Positions 22,412-33,741 of a stretch of 64,000 bases of DNA are shown here, one piece after another (within the stretch, counting starts at the first letter, position 1; each line of letters opens with the position of its first letter). The notes beneath the pieces are model-generated. The model saw only the letters and a program-made list of their open reading frames with translations, ran no database searches and had not been told where the DNA came from. The position numbers and the translations under genes are program-made. This DNA comes from Candidatus Hydrogenedentota bacterium (lineage in GTDB: Bacteria; Hydrogenedentota; Hydrogenedentia; Hydrogenedentales; SLHB01): positions 64,001 to 128,000 of the forward strand of contig CAVUWV010000028.1 in assembly GCA_963745075.1 (NCBI GenBank). Direction: 5' to 3'.

Positions 22412-25271
22412 TTAGCGGCGAAGGATCGGTCTCAGATGCTGGCCGGTGTACGAGCCTTTCCGTTTCGCGACGGTTTCCGGCGTGCCTCGGGCGATTACCT
22501 CCCCCTCCGTCGCCGCCTTCGGGGCCGAGGTCGATGATCCAATCTGCGGTCTTGATTACGTCAAGGTTGTGTTCGATGACGAGCACGGTGTTGCCACTGT
22601 CGACGAGGCGGTGCAGCACATGGAGCAGCTTGTCCACGTCGACGGCGTGCAGGCCCGTGGTGGGTTCGTCGAGGATGTAGAGGGTGCGGCCCGGTCTGGC
22701 GTTTGGAGAGTTCCGTCGCGAGTTTTACCCGCTGGGCTTCCCCGCCGGATAAGGTCGTCGCGGCTTGGCCGAGTTTGATATAGCCCAGCCCCACGTCATT
22801 CAACGTGTTCAGCTTCGCGGCAACGGGAGGAATGTTGCGGAAGAAGTCGCAGCCTTCCTCCACCGTCATGTCGAGGACTTCGAAGATGTTCTTGCCTTTG
22901 TACCGGATCTCGAGCGTGTCGCGGTTGTAGCGCTGGCCTTTGCAGTCTTCGCACGGCACATACACGTCGGGCAGGAAGTGCATCTCGATGCGGATGACGC
23001 CGTCGCCTTCGCAGGTCTCGCAGCGACCGCCCTTCACGTTGAAACTGAAACGACCCGGCTTGTAGCCCCGCGCGCGCGCTTCGGGGATCTTGCTGAATAT
23101 CTCGCGGATCGGCGAGAACAGGCCCGTGTACGTCGCAGGATTCGAACGCGGGGTGCGTCCGATGGGCGACTGGTCGATATCGATGACTTTGTCGATGTGT
23201 TCGAGGCCTTCGATGCGGTCGTGTTTGCCCGGGCGGGCGCGCACGGAGTCGTATACGGCGCGCTGCGCGGCGGGATAGAGCGTTTCGTTGATGAGACTCG
23301 ATTTTCCCGATCCGGAAACCCCCGTGATGCACGTGAAGATGGCCAAGGGGATTTCGACGTCGATCTTCTTGAGGTTGTTGTGCTGGGCGCCGACGATTTT
23401 CAGGGAATGGCCATTGGACTTGCGCCGCTGCTTGGGGATGTCGATTTGGAAGGTTCCGCGAAGGAAACTTGCCGGTCCACGACTGCTTGGACTTCATGAT
23501 CTGGCTCGGCGTCCCTTGGGCGACGACGCGCCCGCCGTGGACCCCGGCGCCGGGGCCCAGATCAATCACGTAATCCGATGAGCGGATGGTTTCTTCGTCG
23601 TGTTCGACGACGATCACCGTATTGCCGAGATCGCGCAGGCGAGTTAAGCGTACCGATGAGCTTCTGGTTGTCGCGCTGGTGGAGGCCGATGCTGGGTTCG
23701 TCGAGCACGTAGAGGACGCCCATCAGTCCCGCGCCGATTTGCGTAGCGAGACGAATGCGCTGGGATTCGCCGCCGGACAACGTGCCCGCATTCCGTTCGA
23801 GGGAAAGGTAATCGAGTCCGACGTTGACAAGGAATCCGAGCCGTTCGCGGATTTCTTTCAGGATGCGTTCGGCGATGAGCCGGTCGGTCTTCGAGAGCTT
23901 TAATCCGCCGAAATATGCGAGCGCCTCGCCGATAGACATAGCCGTGACGTCAAGAATGTTGCGGTCGCCGATCGTGACGGAGATGGATTCGGGTCGCAGC
24001 CGCGCGCCTTTGCACACGGGACAGGGCTTAGTGGACATGAATTGCCCGATCATCTCGCGGGCCTTGGCACTCTCGGTTTCTTTGTAGCGGCGTTCGAGGT
24101 TGGGAATGACCCCTTCGAAAGGCCGCCACATTTCCACCTTCTTGCGGGCATTCGAGTACGAGAAGTCGACGGGCTCACCGCGAGAGCCGTAGAGGACGAT
24201 GTCCTTGAAGTCGTCGGGCAGCTTGCGCCACGGGGTGTAGATGTCCTGCTTGTAGTGCTTCGTTACGCAGCGGAGGGCCCGGCGATACATGGCGTCCAGC
24301 ACGCGCCGGATGGACCACGGCCGGACCGCGCCGTCATCGATGGACAAGTCCGCGTCCGGTACGACGAGTTCGGGGTCGACTTCCACGCTGGTGCCGAGGC
24401 CGGTGCATTGCGGGCAGGCGCCGTGGGGATTGTTGAACGAAAACATGCGCGGCGCGAGTTCTTCAAAACTGATGCCGCAGTCGACGCACGCGAAGTGTTC
24501 GCTTTGCAGGGTCTCGCGTACCTTTTTGTCCGGCGACTCCTGCCAGATGCGGATGATGCCTTCGGCGAGCTTGAGGCAGGTCTCGACGCTATCGGTGAGA
24601 CGGCGTCCGATGCCCTCCTTTACGACGAGGCGATCCACGACCACGTCAATGTCGTGTTTCACGTAGCGTTCGAGTTCGATCTTCTCGTCGACGGTGCGGA
24701 ACTCGCCGTTGACACGGACTCGGGTGAAGCCCTGGCGTTTCACGTCCTCGAAGACTTTCTGGTAGGTCCCTTTGCGCTGGCGGATGATGGGTGCAAGGAG
24801 CTGGATCTTGGTCCCGTTTGGCAACGCCTGGATACCGTCCACAATCTGCTGGGGCGATTGGGCCTCAATGGGTTTGCCGCAATTGTAACAGTGGGGTTTC
24901 CCCACGCGTGCAAATAGAAGCCGGAGGTAGTCGTAGACTTCGGTGACCGTGCCCACCGTCGAGCGCGGATTGCGGTGGGTAGTCTTCTGCTCGATGGCGA
25001 TGGCCGGACTGAGCCCTTCGATGTGGTCGACATCCGGTTTCTCCATCTGCTCGAGAAACTGGCGGGCGTACGCGGAGAGGCTCTCGACGTAGCGGCGCTG
25101 GCCTTCGGCGTAGATCGTGTCGAAGGCAAGGCTCGACTTCCCGGAACCGCTCAAGCCGGTAATCACGACGAGCTTGTTCCGGGGAATGTTTAAATTCAGA
25201 TTCTGTAGATTATGTTCCCGCGCGCCTTTAATCACGATGGCGTCCGGGGAACTCTTTTTCTTGGGCGGCAT
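22412..25271 (-). CDS. uvrA: Excinuclease ABC subunit A (apparent frameshifts near 23645, 23464, 22691 and 22502)
   Basis: [15 protein letters not shown], zinc fingers, [54 protein letters not shown] across successive frames; TAA at 22412. Confidence 0.92.
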
Positions 25272-25423
25272 GGGTAAATCCGTACTCCGGAAGAGAAAAA
25301 CCTTACAAGTAAGCCCTCGCGGCCGGTCGGTCGGAGGCTTCGTGCACCAGCAGCGTATTGTAGCGGATGTCGGCAGCGTGCCGCCAGCGTGCGGCAGGCC
25401 GGAGTCTGGAGACCGGAGGGAAA

Positions 25424-25446
25424 GGAGGGCGGTTTTCCAACCCGCC
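25424..25446 (+). repeat. Single REP-like palindrome
   Basis: GGAG followed by GGCGG-TTTTCCAA-CCCGCC hairpin in the uvrA upstream region. Confidence 0.45.
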
Positions 25447-25518
25447 GTTCGAGGGACGGGACGGTGTAGGTCAACCGGAACCAGTTGGACCGTAGCCAAA
25501 TGTTTTCCGAAACACGCG

Positions 25519-26493
25519 TCAATAAGTCCAAGGCTTCAAGTAGTGTTCGACATGAATATCGGGCGGGAATTCGATGCGGAATTCCTGGTCGTCTACCTCC
25601 GCGTTCACTTCGGTCCACGTAAGCTCGGCTGTTTCTGTGCGTCTCAGGGTGAGCTTCTCCGATCGATCGTCATTGACGACATCGACCGTGAGTTTAGCGG
25701 GAAACCAGAGTCCGTCGATTTCTTCAAACTCGCTCGCTTGGAGAATCTTCTGACGCCGGCAATTTAGTCCCCAATAGTCGAACCATTCTTCCCACCGGGT
25801 AATGTTGCCACCTTTGGTGAGGTCGAGACCGATGACGTAGCCATTCAAGTTTTGAAGGAACGTTTCATCCGTCTCATGGGTCGGAACCCAGATGACCAGA
25901 CTTGTGTCGGTGGACTCGATGACCTTCCAGTTCGGTTGGCTGGCGGGGATTCCCTCGATGTAGGTGGACAGACCGCAGCCCGCGTAGGCGGGAAGAAAGA
26001 GGCTGACACCGCCTCGAAACAAGGTGAACTCAAGCTGCTTGTTGTCAAGCCGGGACGCGGGCAAGACATTGCCGGTCGACGGCCTTCCGCTCTGCGCGTC
26101 GAACCGGAGCACGCGCAATTCCCGGTCATCCAGACTCCATTGCTCCCGAAACGTGTGAAAGACAATGCGGCCGGTGGTCATGCAGTTGAACCGCAATGGA
26201 CCCTGAAACCCCAATGTGCCGTCGACATCAACAAACTGAATGGGATCGGCTTTCACCGTACCCGAATCCGATTCTTCGATCTGGAGATGCATTGTGACAT
26301 GGGCGGATTTGTACCGCTGCTCCGCGGTGCGAATCGTGGCAAGTGCCGCCTGCTGTTCGGGGCTCAACGAACGGCAGGCCGTCTCGACTACCGGTTCGTT
26401 GGACGTGGTAGAAGACCGGTTGCAGGCCAATACAGGAGCCAGGAGTGCCACGACTACGGTGGCCAAGCATATTCTCACAATTCGAAGCCCCAT
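25519..26493 (-). CDS. Hypothetical lipoprotein
   Basis: Signal peptide ending VLAC (lipobox); beta-rich body; start inferred at MGLRIVR. Confidence 0.6.
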   Translation of the reverse strand: MGLRIVRICLATVVVALLAPVLACNRSSTTSNEPVVETACRSLSPEQQAALATIRTAEQRYKSAHVTMHLQIEESDSGTVKADPIQFVDVDGTLGFQGPLRFNCMTTGRIVFHTFREQWSLDDRELRVLRFDAQSGRPSTGNVLPASRLDNKQLEFTLFRGGVSLFLPAYAGCGLSTYIEGIPASQPNWKVIESTDTSLVIWVPTHETDETFLQNLNGYVIGLDLTKGGNITRWEEWFDYWGLNCRRQKILQASEFEEIDGLWFPAKLTVDVVNDDRSEKLTLRRTETAELTWTEVNAEVDDQEFRIEFPPDIHVEHYLKPWTY

Positions 26494-26547
26494 GGACCTG
26501 TCGAGTCTAGCCAAAACCGCTTGCACTTTGGTGCTCCAAACCGACTT

Positions 26548-26823
26548 TCAATCCTCCACGTCGACAATGCGCTTCGGGGGTTTAAGGAACCACTGAATAC
26601 GGCCGCAGTGGGTGCAGGCCAGGGTTGTTGCGGATCGGTTGGCCCAGTCGAGGTTCAGGAACGTCATGCCCGAGGTGTTTAATTGCGCTGTGCCCTGTTC
26701 GAAGTTGTCCGCACCGCACTGGGGACAGACGACGAGATGACCGCCCGCGGTAAACTGTCCCGGACCCGTCGACGCTACCAAGGCCTTGCCCGCTCGCTTG
26801 AATGCCCTGCCGAATCTGCCCAT
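26548..26823 (-). CDS. Small zinc-ribbon protein
   Basis: CPQC...CTHC motifs; GAGGGG upstream of ATG. Confidence 0.75.
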   Translation of the reverse strand: MGRFGRAFKRAGKALVASTGPGQFTAGGHLVVCPQCGADNFEQGTAQLNTSGMTFLNLDWANRSATTLACTHCGRIQWFLKPPKRIVDVED

Positions 26824-26955
26824 GGATTCCCCCTCTGGTTGAGGGTTCTATTGTAGCATAGGGCATCACTTGCTGACGTGCGGACCAGAGGGGAGAGCGG
26901 TTCGGAAAGCGCGCGGCGTTCACCGTTCGATTCATCGTCGAAGTCCCACGAAATG

Positions 26956-26983
26956 GAACGGCCCGCGGAGGGGCGGGCCGTTC
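26956..26983 (-). terminator. Hairpin downstream of the PEP-CTERM gene
   Basis: GAACGGCCCGC...GCGGGCCGTTC 11-bp stem just after the stop codon. Confidence 0.55.
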
Positions 26984-27009
26984 ACATGCAGCACTATGTG
27001 GTTCGTCGA

Positions 27010-27804
27010 TTACGTACGTTTCTTTTTCAGGATGTGGCGACTGGCCAGGGCGGCAAGCCCCAGTCCCAGCAGGGACAGGGACGCTGGTTCGGGCACCACC
27101 GTGTTGCAGGTCGGCGGTGTGTAGTCGCAGTTGAAGTACTGAGTCAGGGAGGGACCATCGCAATTAAAGGGGCTAAAGGAGCCCTGACAGGAGTAGCGGC
27201 TGCTGTGGTTCCATGACATCGTATGGTCGCCTTGGGAGCTGTGAGGGCCACCGGACCAGTCGGTTGGTCCATCGTAACCGTTGCGGTAGTTGTACCCGCT
27301 ACACAGCTCAAAAGAACTGGAATCCATGTTGAAGCACAAGTCGTTGAAACTGGAGGGATCGTTGGTCAGGCAATTCTCAAGTTGCTGCGGATCCCAGCAG
27401 CCGACGATTTCGAGGCAGGCCTCGTAGGTCCAGCACTCACCGCTGAAACTCGTGCCGTACCAATTGGTGCTCCCGTGGCGCACTTGGCCGGACATGGTCA
27501 CGCATCCGGTTTCGGTGTCGATGCACATGCTCATGGTGCTGTGACCATGAGTGTCTTCAAAACTGAAGAAGTCGTTGCTGCCATACGAGCCGTAGCGAGT
27601 ATACCCCCCGTACGAACTACCGCCGTTGACTTGCATCCCATAGCTCGGGGAGCCATAGTAGCCGCCGGTACCGTCACAAAGGTCAAACTCGAGCATGGTG
27701 GCGTGTGCCGGAAGCACGCCCGCAATCAGTGCGAATCCCGCTACGACAAAAGCTACCACGCGCAGTCTTCCCACGAGTGTGTGTGTGTTCATTGTCTTCC
27801 CCAT
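27010..27804 (-). CDS. Cys/Ser/Gly-rich PEP-CTERM sorting-domain protein
   Basis: Signal peptide (…LPAHA), C-terminal VPEPASLSLLGLGLAALASRHILKKKRT; start may instead be 27792. Confidence 0.85.
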   Translation of the reverse strand: MGKTMNTHTLVGRLRVVAFVVAGFALIAGVLPAHATMLEFDLCDGTGGYYGSPSYGMQVNGGSSYGGYTRYGSYGSNDFFSFEDTHGHSTMSMCIDTETGCVTMSGQVRHGSTNWYGTSFSGECWTYEACLEIVGCWDPQQLENCLTNDPSSFNDLCFNMDSSSFELCSGYNYRNGYDGPTDWSGGPHSSQGDHTMSWNHSSRYSCQGSFSPFNCDGPSLTQYFNCDYTPPTCNTVVPEPASLSLLGLGLAALASRHILKKKRT

Positions 27805-27885
27805 TTCTTATGTAACCGCTTTTTCGCTTCACCGGCGGTGCACCAAGTTCTGCATCCACAGGTGTCGTACAACGGTAATATTGAA

Positions 27886-27902
27886 AGCACAAAGTGTGCC
27901 AA
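27886..27902 (-). promoter_or_regulatory. Sigma54 (-24/-12) promoter for the PEP-CTERM gene
   Basis: Minus strand TTGGCACACTTTGTGCT, GG-N10-GC spacing. Confidence 0.6.
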
Positions 27903-28151
27903 TCGGCAAATCTGCCCTGAGACTGTCACCTCAAGCTATGTTTTTACAGTGACTTACAGGAGGCAATCTGAATTTTTGCCCATTCGATGCGTATTCAACA
28001 GTTTGTCTTGTCTGACATATAGGTTATCTAAACTGATATATCATAGATGGATTTTGAGAACTTCTTTACAGGGATTAGTATATATACCCATCAAAGGATA
28101 TACGCGGGAGGTACCCTGACGCCGGTGGGTAACCTTCGAATGGACCGTGTC

Positions 28152-30077
28152 TTACTGCAGAGACTCCAACTCTTCCCAACGACTGTAGAGCTGGTTTACA
28201 GCGGATCGAGCCTCGTCTAATTGGGTGACGGTTTCGTTGGCCATTTTGTAGTCGCGCGCATAAAGTCCGGGATCGTTGACTAGCGCTTCGAGACGGGTGA
28301 CTTCCGCCTCGGCTTTATGTATGGCTGCTTCCATTCCATCTAGCTCTTTCTTCTCTTTCCAACTAAGGCGGCGTGGCCCAATAGGTTGCGATGGTTCTTC
28401 GGCGCGGCGTTGCGGCTTCTCACCAGTTTGCGGGGTGGCGGCTGGAGCGTGGTTGTCCTTGTACACGAGGTAATCGTCGTAGTTCCCGGTGATGAACGTG
28501 ACCTCGCCGTCGCCCTCGAATACGAAGAGGTGCGTACAGATTCGGTTGAGGAAGTACCGGTCGTGGCTGACGATGAGCGCGCAGCCGTCGAAGGCGAGGA
28601 TAGCCTCTTCGAGGACGCGCAGGGTGGCGAGGTCGAGGTCGTTGGTGGGTTCGTCGAATACGAGGAGGTTGCCGCCGCAAAGCAACTTCTTGGCAAGGTC
28701 GAGACGGTTCCGCTCTCCACCGGAGAGGTGTTTCATGGGTGCCATGATGGCGGCCCGGTCGAAGAGGAAACTCTCCAAATACGCCGGGATATGCACCCGC
28801 CGGCCGTTGACATCCATTTCTCTTACGCCGTTCGACACGTGCTTGAGGATAGTCGATTCGGGATTGATGTCCTCGTGGGACTGGTCGACGTAGAGGAATT
28901 CCGTATTGTCGCCGATCATGACCCGGCCCCGGTCGGGTGGCTCTTCCCCCATCAATACGCGTAGCAGCGTGGTCTTGCCGCTGCCGTTAGGGCCGAGGAC
29001 GCCGACCCGCATGTTCTTTTGCATGATGAGGGAGAGATCGTGGAAGAGAGGCTTGCCGTCGATGGCTTTCCAGATCTTCCGGGCTTCGAGGATCTGTTTG
29101 CCCAAACGCTGGGGCTGGGGAATCTCGAAGGAGAACATGCGGTGCTGTTCGGGGGGTCCTTGATCCTCCAAGGCATAAAACCGGTCGATACGCGCTTTCT
29201 GCTTTGTCGTTCGCGCTTTGGCGCCACGCCGCAGCCAGACCAGCTCGCGTCGCATGGTGGACTGGCGGTTGGATTCGGACCGGGCTTCGTGCTCTTCCCG
29301 GAGGGTTTTGAGTTCCAGGAAACGCTCGTAGTTGCCTTGGTAGGTGTAGAGGGTGCCGTGCTCCAACTCGGCAATGCGGTTGACGACGCGGTCGAGAAAG
29401 TAGCGGTCGTGGGTAACCAGCACGCAACTGCCCTGGTACCTGGCGAGGAAGTTCTCGATCCAGCGCACGCTGGGCACGTCGATATGGTTGGTTGGTTCGT
29501 CCAGGAACAGGACATCGGGATGGCGTACCAGATTCGATGCAAGGTCGACGCGGCGCAGTTCTCCCCCGGAGAGGGTCGAGAGCACACGGCTGTGGTTGGG
29601 CAAGTTCAGGGCGACGGTGACCCGCTTGATGTCCTCGTCAAGGTTCCAGGCGTCGGCGATTTCCATTTCGTGCTGGAGAAAGGTGACTTCTTCGGCCAGT
29701 TTCTCGTGGGCCGCATCCCCGGCGGGCGTCTCGGCAAGGGCAGCCATGCGCTGGTGATACCGGTCGATGAGTGCGCGCACGTCACTGGCGGCGCCGTCGA
29801 GTACTTGGCCTACCGTGAGCGTCGGGTCCAACGTGCATTGCTGGTCCAAGAGATGAACGCGCAACCCTTGCATCCGGGTCACGAGACCCGAGTCCGGTTC
29901 GTCGAGCCCTGTCATGATTTTCAAAAGGGTCGATTTCCCGGAGCCGTTGCGTCCGATGAGACCGATACGGTCACCCGCATGAATGGTCAGGGAAATGTCA
30001 CGAATGACGGGCTGCGCGCCAAAACTGCGCACGACGTTCTGGACACTCAATATGGCTTGTGGGGTGGAGGAACTCAT
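28152..30077 (-). CDS. uup: ABC-F family ATPase, Uup-like
   Basis: Two ABC domains (GRNGSGKST/LSGGE, GPNGSGKTT/LSGGE), RRGAKARTTKQKARI linker, C-terminal LSWKEKKEL coiled coil. Confidence 0.88.
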   Translation of the reverse strand: MSSSTPQAILSVQNVVRSFGAQPVIRDISLTIHAGDRIGLIGRNGSGKSTLLKIMTGLDEPDSGLVTRMQGLRVHLLDQQCTLDPTLTVGQVLDGAASDVRALIDRYHQRMAALAETPAGDAAHEKLAEEVTFLQHEMEIADAWNLDEDIKRVTVALNLPNHSRVLSTLSGGELRRVDLASNLVRHPDVLFLDEPTNHIDVPSVRWIENFLARYQGSCVLVTHDRYFLDRVVNRIAELEHGTLYTYQGNYERFLELKTLREEHEARSESNRQSTMRRELVWLRRGAKARTTKQKARIDRFYALEDQGPPEQHRMFSFEIPQPQRLGKQILEARKIWKAIDGKPLFHDLSLIMQKNMRVGVLGPNGSGKTTLLRVLMGEEPPDRGRVMIGDNTEFLYVDQSHEDINPESTILKHVSNGVREMDVNGRRVHIPAYLESFLFDRAAIMAPMKHLSGGERNRLDLAKKLLCGGNLLVFDEPTNDLDLATLRVLEEAILAFDGCALIVSHDRYFLNRICTHLFVFEGDGEVTFITGNYDDYLVYKDNHAPAATPQTGEKPQRRAEEPSQPIGPRRLSWKEKKELDGMEAAIHKAEAEVTRLEALVNDPGLYARDYKMANETVTQLDEARSAVNQLYSRWEELESLQ

Positions 30078-30333
30078 GGAAATCGCTTGCTGCGGTTCGA
30101 ATTAGCTTTATCGACAAACGGATACAGTATCCTGTCGGGGGTGTGCGGAACAAGAAGACGTGGTGAAGAAGACGTGGTGACCGGCAAGGCTGCTTTCCTG
30201 CGCCCCGTCCGGGGCGAATTGTGTATCGAGCACAAGGCTTTTGCGGTGAACGCATCCGGTCTTCTCTTTACTGATGCTTCCTCAACACGTATTCTTATGG
30301 ACATTGACCGTCGTAGTTCGAGGGGGCAACTTC

Positions 30334-33300
30334 ATGAAGCAGATCATAGCGTATGTCATTCTATTGTTCACGCCATTCGTGGGGTTTTCTGATTCCGCCT
30401 ACGTGGCGATTCCGCTGGGCGCCACGCCCTTGAACGAGATTGGGCCGTATCAGGTCTCGTACCAATCCTACGGCGGGGATCGTGTCGACATGCCGCCGGG
30501 CTGGACGGGGCATTTCGATCCGGCTTCTGGGGTTTCGTACTCGCCCGGTGAGCGCATTCTGGGACGGGAAGCGACGTTGGTGCACTCGCCGTGGCACGTA
30601 CCCCCGGGCAAGGCGTGGGTCGACTTTCCGCTCCGGTTACCGGATGTGACGCCAATCGCGCTGCGGTTTGGTATCGCCATGCGGCCGGAGTCCGTCGAGC
30701 CGGATAAGAGCGACGGGGTGACCTTCGGCTGCTACGTAGTGGATAGCGATGGCGAGCACGAACTGCTCCACGAACACTACGCGCTGGGCCGTTGGAAAGA
30801 TTTTCAATTCGACTTGGCTCCGTACGCGGGCAAAGACATCACCCTCCGACTGCAAGTCGAACCCGGACCCGCTAACAATCCGGGCTGGGACCACTCCTAT
30901 TTCTCCGATGCGACGATTGTGGTCGGAGACAGTGAGCGGCCCACCACCTTGGTAAAGGAGATGAAGGCCGTCCACGCGCTGGACGCGACGGCCGGTGTTG
31001 GTCTTGGGACGCTGTCCAACGATGCGGCGAGGGGTGTCGTGCCGTCGAATCTTCTGGACTGTACAAACGACGTTACGGAGGAGAACTCCGCATACACGTT
31101 TCGATACCACGGCGCGGATTGCGACGTTGTATACACGTATACGCCGGAGTCAGGCACGCTCGACGACTTTTCCGTGGTCGTAGACAATTCGCCCGCCTTT
31201 CGGCCGGCTCTTGGTGGTGGCGTAAGCGCAGTTCGACGCGTGGATGATCGCGAAGAATTCGTGCCGCTTCGCGGCGGGACGGTTCGATCGGCGGACGTGC
31301 TTTCGGACCAAAACGCAGTGCAGGTCGTCTGGGAGTATCCATTCGACGGCGATACCGTTTTGGTTACGTGGCGCTTTGGCATCCTGGGCAAAGCGTTGAC
31401 GGTTGCGGCGAAATGTGAGCGGCCCATCCTCAGCGGACTTTCGCTGGGTCATGAAGGCGACATTCCCCTTCGGAAGACCTTTCAGGTGCCTTACCTGAAC
31501 GGTTCGATGAACTTCCTTCCCGCTCAATTAGCGTTTTGTTGCCGGTACCTGGATTGGACGCAATCGCACGGGTCGGCCTGTCCGCAAGGCGAGGCGAGCT
31601 ACGAACCGAAGACCGACGGCACGCGGAACCCGTTGCAGGAGTTTGGGTATATCGCCGTGTCGCCGAATGTGGACGAGGTTCTGCCGAATATCCCCCACCC
31701 CGCTTCGCCGTATCTCGATTTGCTGGGTCCGCGCATCATGCTCGACATCTGGCAGCACCACATGGGCACTTACGCGGGCGACGGAGAGAATTTGCGCGAC
31801 CTGAAAGACAATGGGGTCGATCATCTCGCGATCATTTCGCACGTGTGGCAACGCTACGGGTATGACGTGAAACTTCCGGATCATATTCCGGCGAATCCCC
31901 AGTTTGGCGGCGACGAGGGAATGATCGAATTCGGTAAAGCGGCGAATGAATGCGCCTACGTATGGTCGTTGCACGAGAACTATATCGACATGTATCCCGA
32001 CGCGCCGTCCTACGACCCCGAGGCGCGCGCGTTGCGGGCCGATGGGTCGCCGTCGCCCGGATGGTATAACGCAGGGACCGGCGTGCAGGCCTTTGGCATC
32101 AAGTGTACGCGGGAACTGGGTTTTGCGAAGGAAAACTCGCCCATCATTCACGAGCGATTCGGCACCAACGCGGCCTATCTCGACGTGCACACCTGCGTGC
32201 CGCCCTGGCATCAACTCGATCACGACGCAGCGCAGCCCATGGCCGCAATGATCATGTTGAAGGTGCAGAAGGAAAGGGACTTGTTCCAGTACGAACGCGA
32301 CACGCACGGGGGACCGCTGTTCGGCGAGGGGAACAACCACTTCTATTGGGCGGGCCTGGTTGATGGTACAGAAGCGCAGGTGTCCGGTGGCGAAGATCAT
32401 GTGCCGTTCCTGGATTTTGACCTATTAAAACTTCATCCGCAGATGGTGAACCATGGAATGGGGTATTACGAGCGCTGGTTCCGTCGCGGCTACGACCATC
32501 AGTGGGGATACGACACGGGCACCGTGGAGCAGATCGACAAGTACCGCGCTCAGGAAATCGCGTACGGCCACGCGGGGTTCATCGGCGCGGCGCAGACGGA
32601 CAACATCCAGTGGGTGGCGAAAGAGCATCACATGATGCATCCGATTCAGCGGCTGGCCAACACCGCGAACCCCGTTAGTATTCTGTACGAAGTCGATGGT
32701 CAGTTGGCGCCGGCCAGTGTCGCGTTCGTCGCGGATCAACGGATGCGACAGCGGATAGAATACGACTCGGGGCTGACGGTCTGGGTGAACTGGGCCGAGG
32801 AACCCTGGCAGGTGGAAGGGCGTGTTCTGCCGCAGTGGGGTTTCGTAGCGTTGGGTCCCGACACGGACGTGGAAACGACGCTACGCGACGGCAGTATTGC
32901 GGACTACGCGGAGTGCCCCGAATTTGTGTTCTGCGACGCGCGGACCTCGTTCAACATGCCCTACCTGAACCGGACGAAAGACATCGAACCGAAGCTGAGT
33001 TCCTTTGAATGGCTGGGGGACAACAAGATTCGCGTAAGCTACGAGTGGGATGTGAACGACACCTTGGACCAGGACTACCAGTGCTTTGTGCACTTTACGA
33101 CGCCGCTGATCAGTACGGCGGACTCGATTGCGTTTCAAGGGGACCACGGGTTGCCCAAACCCACAAGCCAGTGGAAACGCGGTGACCGTATCGTGGATGG
33201 ACCGTACGAGGTCGCCATCCCCAATGAGCCAATCGGCGAGTACAACATCACCATCGGGCTCTTCAAAGATAGACGTGTGCCCTTGAAAGGGGTCACCACG

Positions 33301-33735
33301 AGTCGCGACCGCATCCTCATCGGGAAACTCCTCCTGGAACGGGACGGGGATCGGATTACCAACGTCCGGCTCGGCGATATATCGGAAGAAACCGAGGACC
33401 CTGCGGTGAAGAAGGCGGACTTCGACGCGCACATGAACGCGGAGGGTACCTGGATTGACTTCGGACCGATCGCGACCGAGGGATCGGTGAAGGTGAACAA
33501 GGGCAACCGCGAACTCGTGGTATTCCCCTATCCGCGCGAAAAGGCTTTTGCGGTGGCAATCGACCTCGCAGGGTTGTCCGCCGATGCACCGGAAGCATTG
33601 AAGGGCGTTCGCGTGACGGCCCTGGCGGCGCGCACGCAGGAGGAGTTGGGCAGCATACCGTATGACGTGCGAGACGGGCGCATCGTGTTTACGGTGGGCA
33701 TGCGGGGTGCAGGACGGTATCGGATTCATTGGTAA
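30334..33735 (+). CDS. Large secreted glycoside hydrolase-like protein (DUF5696/GH101-GH129-like barrel with accessory beta domains)
   Basis: Signal peptide; WQRYGYD...GGDEG...SLHENYIDMY...AYLDVHT pattern; 6 nt upstream of a fucosidase; family call tentative. Confidence 0.6.
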   Translation: MKQIIAYVILLFTPFVGFSDSAYVAIPLGATPLNEIGPYQVSYQSYGGDRVDMPPGWTGHFDPASGVSYSPGERILGREATLVHSPWHVPPGKAWVDFPLRLPDVTPIALRFGIAMRPESVEPDKSDGVTFGCYVVDSDGEHELLHEHYALGRWKDFQFDLAPYAGKDITLRLQVEPGPANNPGWDHSYFSDATIVVGDSERPTTLVKEMKAVHALDATAGVGLGTLSNDAARGVVPSNLLDCTNDVTEENSAYTFRYHGADCDVVYTYTPESGTLDDFSVVVDNSPAFRPALGGGVSAVRRVDDREEFVPLRGGTVRSADVLSDQNAVQVVWEYPFDGDTVLVTWRFGILGKALTVAAKCERPILSGLSLGHEGDIPLRKTFQVPYLNGSMNFLPAQLAFCCRYLDWTQSHGSACPQGEASYEPKTDGTRNPLQEFGYIAVSPNVDEVLPNIPHPASPYLDLLGPRIMLDIWQHHMGTYAGDGENLRDLKDNGVDHLAIISHVWQRYGYDVKLPDHIPANPQFGGDEGMIEFGKAANECAYVWSLHENYIDMYPDAPSYDPEARALRADGSPSPGWYNAGTGVQAFGIKCTRELGFAKENSPIIHERFGTNAAYLDVHTCVPPWHQLDHDAAQPMAAMIMLKVQKERDLFQYERDTHGGPLFGEGNNHFYWAGLVDGTEAQVSGGEDHVPFLDFDLLKLHPQMVNHGMGYYERWFRRGYDHQWGYDTGTVEQIDKYRAQEIAYGHAGFIGAAQTDNIQWVAKEHHMMHPIQRLANTANPVSILYEVDGQLAPASVAFVADQRMRQRIEYDSGLTVWVNWAEEPWQVEGRVLPQWGFVALGPDTDVETTLRDGSIADYAECPEFVFCDARTSFNMPYLNRTKDIEPKLSSFEWLGDNKIRVSYEWDVNDTLDQDYQCFVHFTTPLISTADSIAFQGDHGLPKPTSQWKRGDRIVDGPYEVAIPNEPIGEYNITIGLFKDRRVPLKGVTTSRDRILIGKLLLERDGDRITNVRLGDISEETEDPAVKKADFDAHMNAEGTWIDFGPIATEGSVKVNKGNRELVVFPYPREKAFAVAIDLAGLSADAPEALKGVRVTALAARTQEELGSIPYDVRDGRIVFTVGMRGAGRYRIHW

Positions 33736-33741
33736 CCGGAA

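Noticed and set aside
13809..25271. glnS and uvrA (also clpB) as pseudogenes or programmed frameshifts
   Set aside because: Breaks are small indels at homopolymers with otherwise intact coding sequence and no consistent slippery motif; sequencing error is simpler
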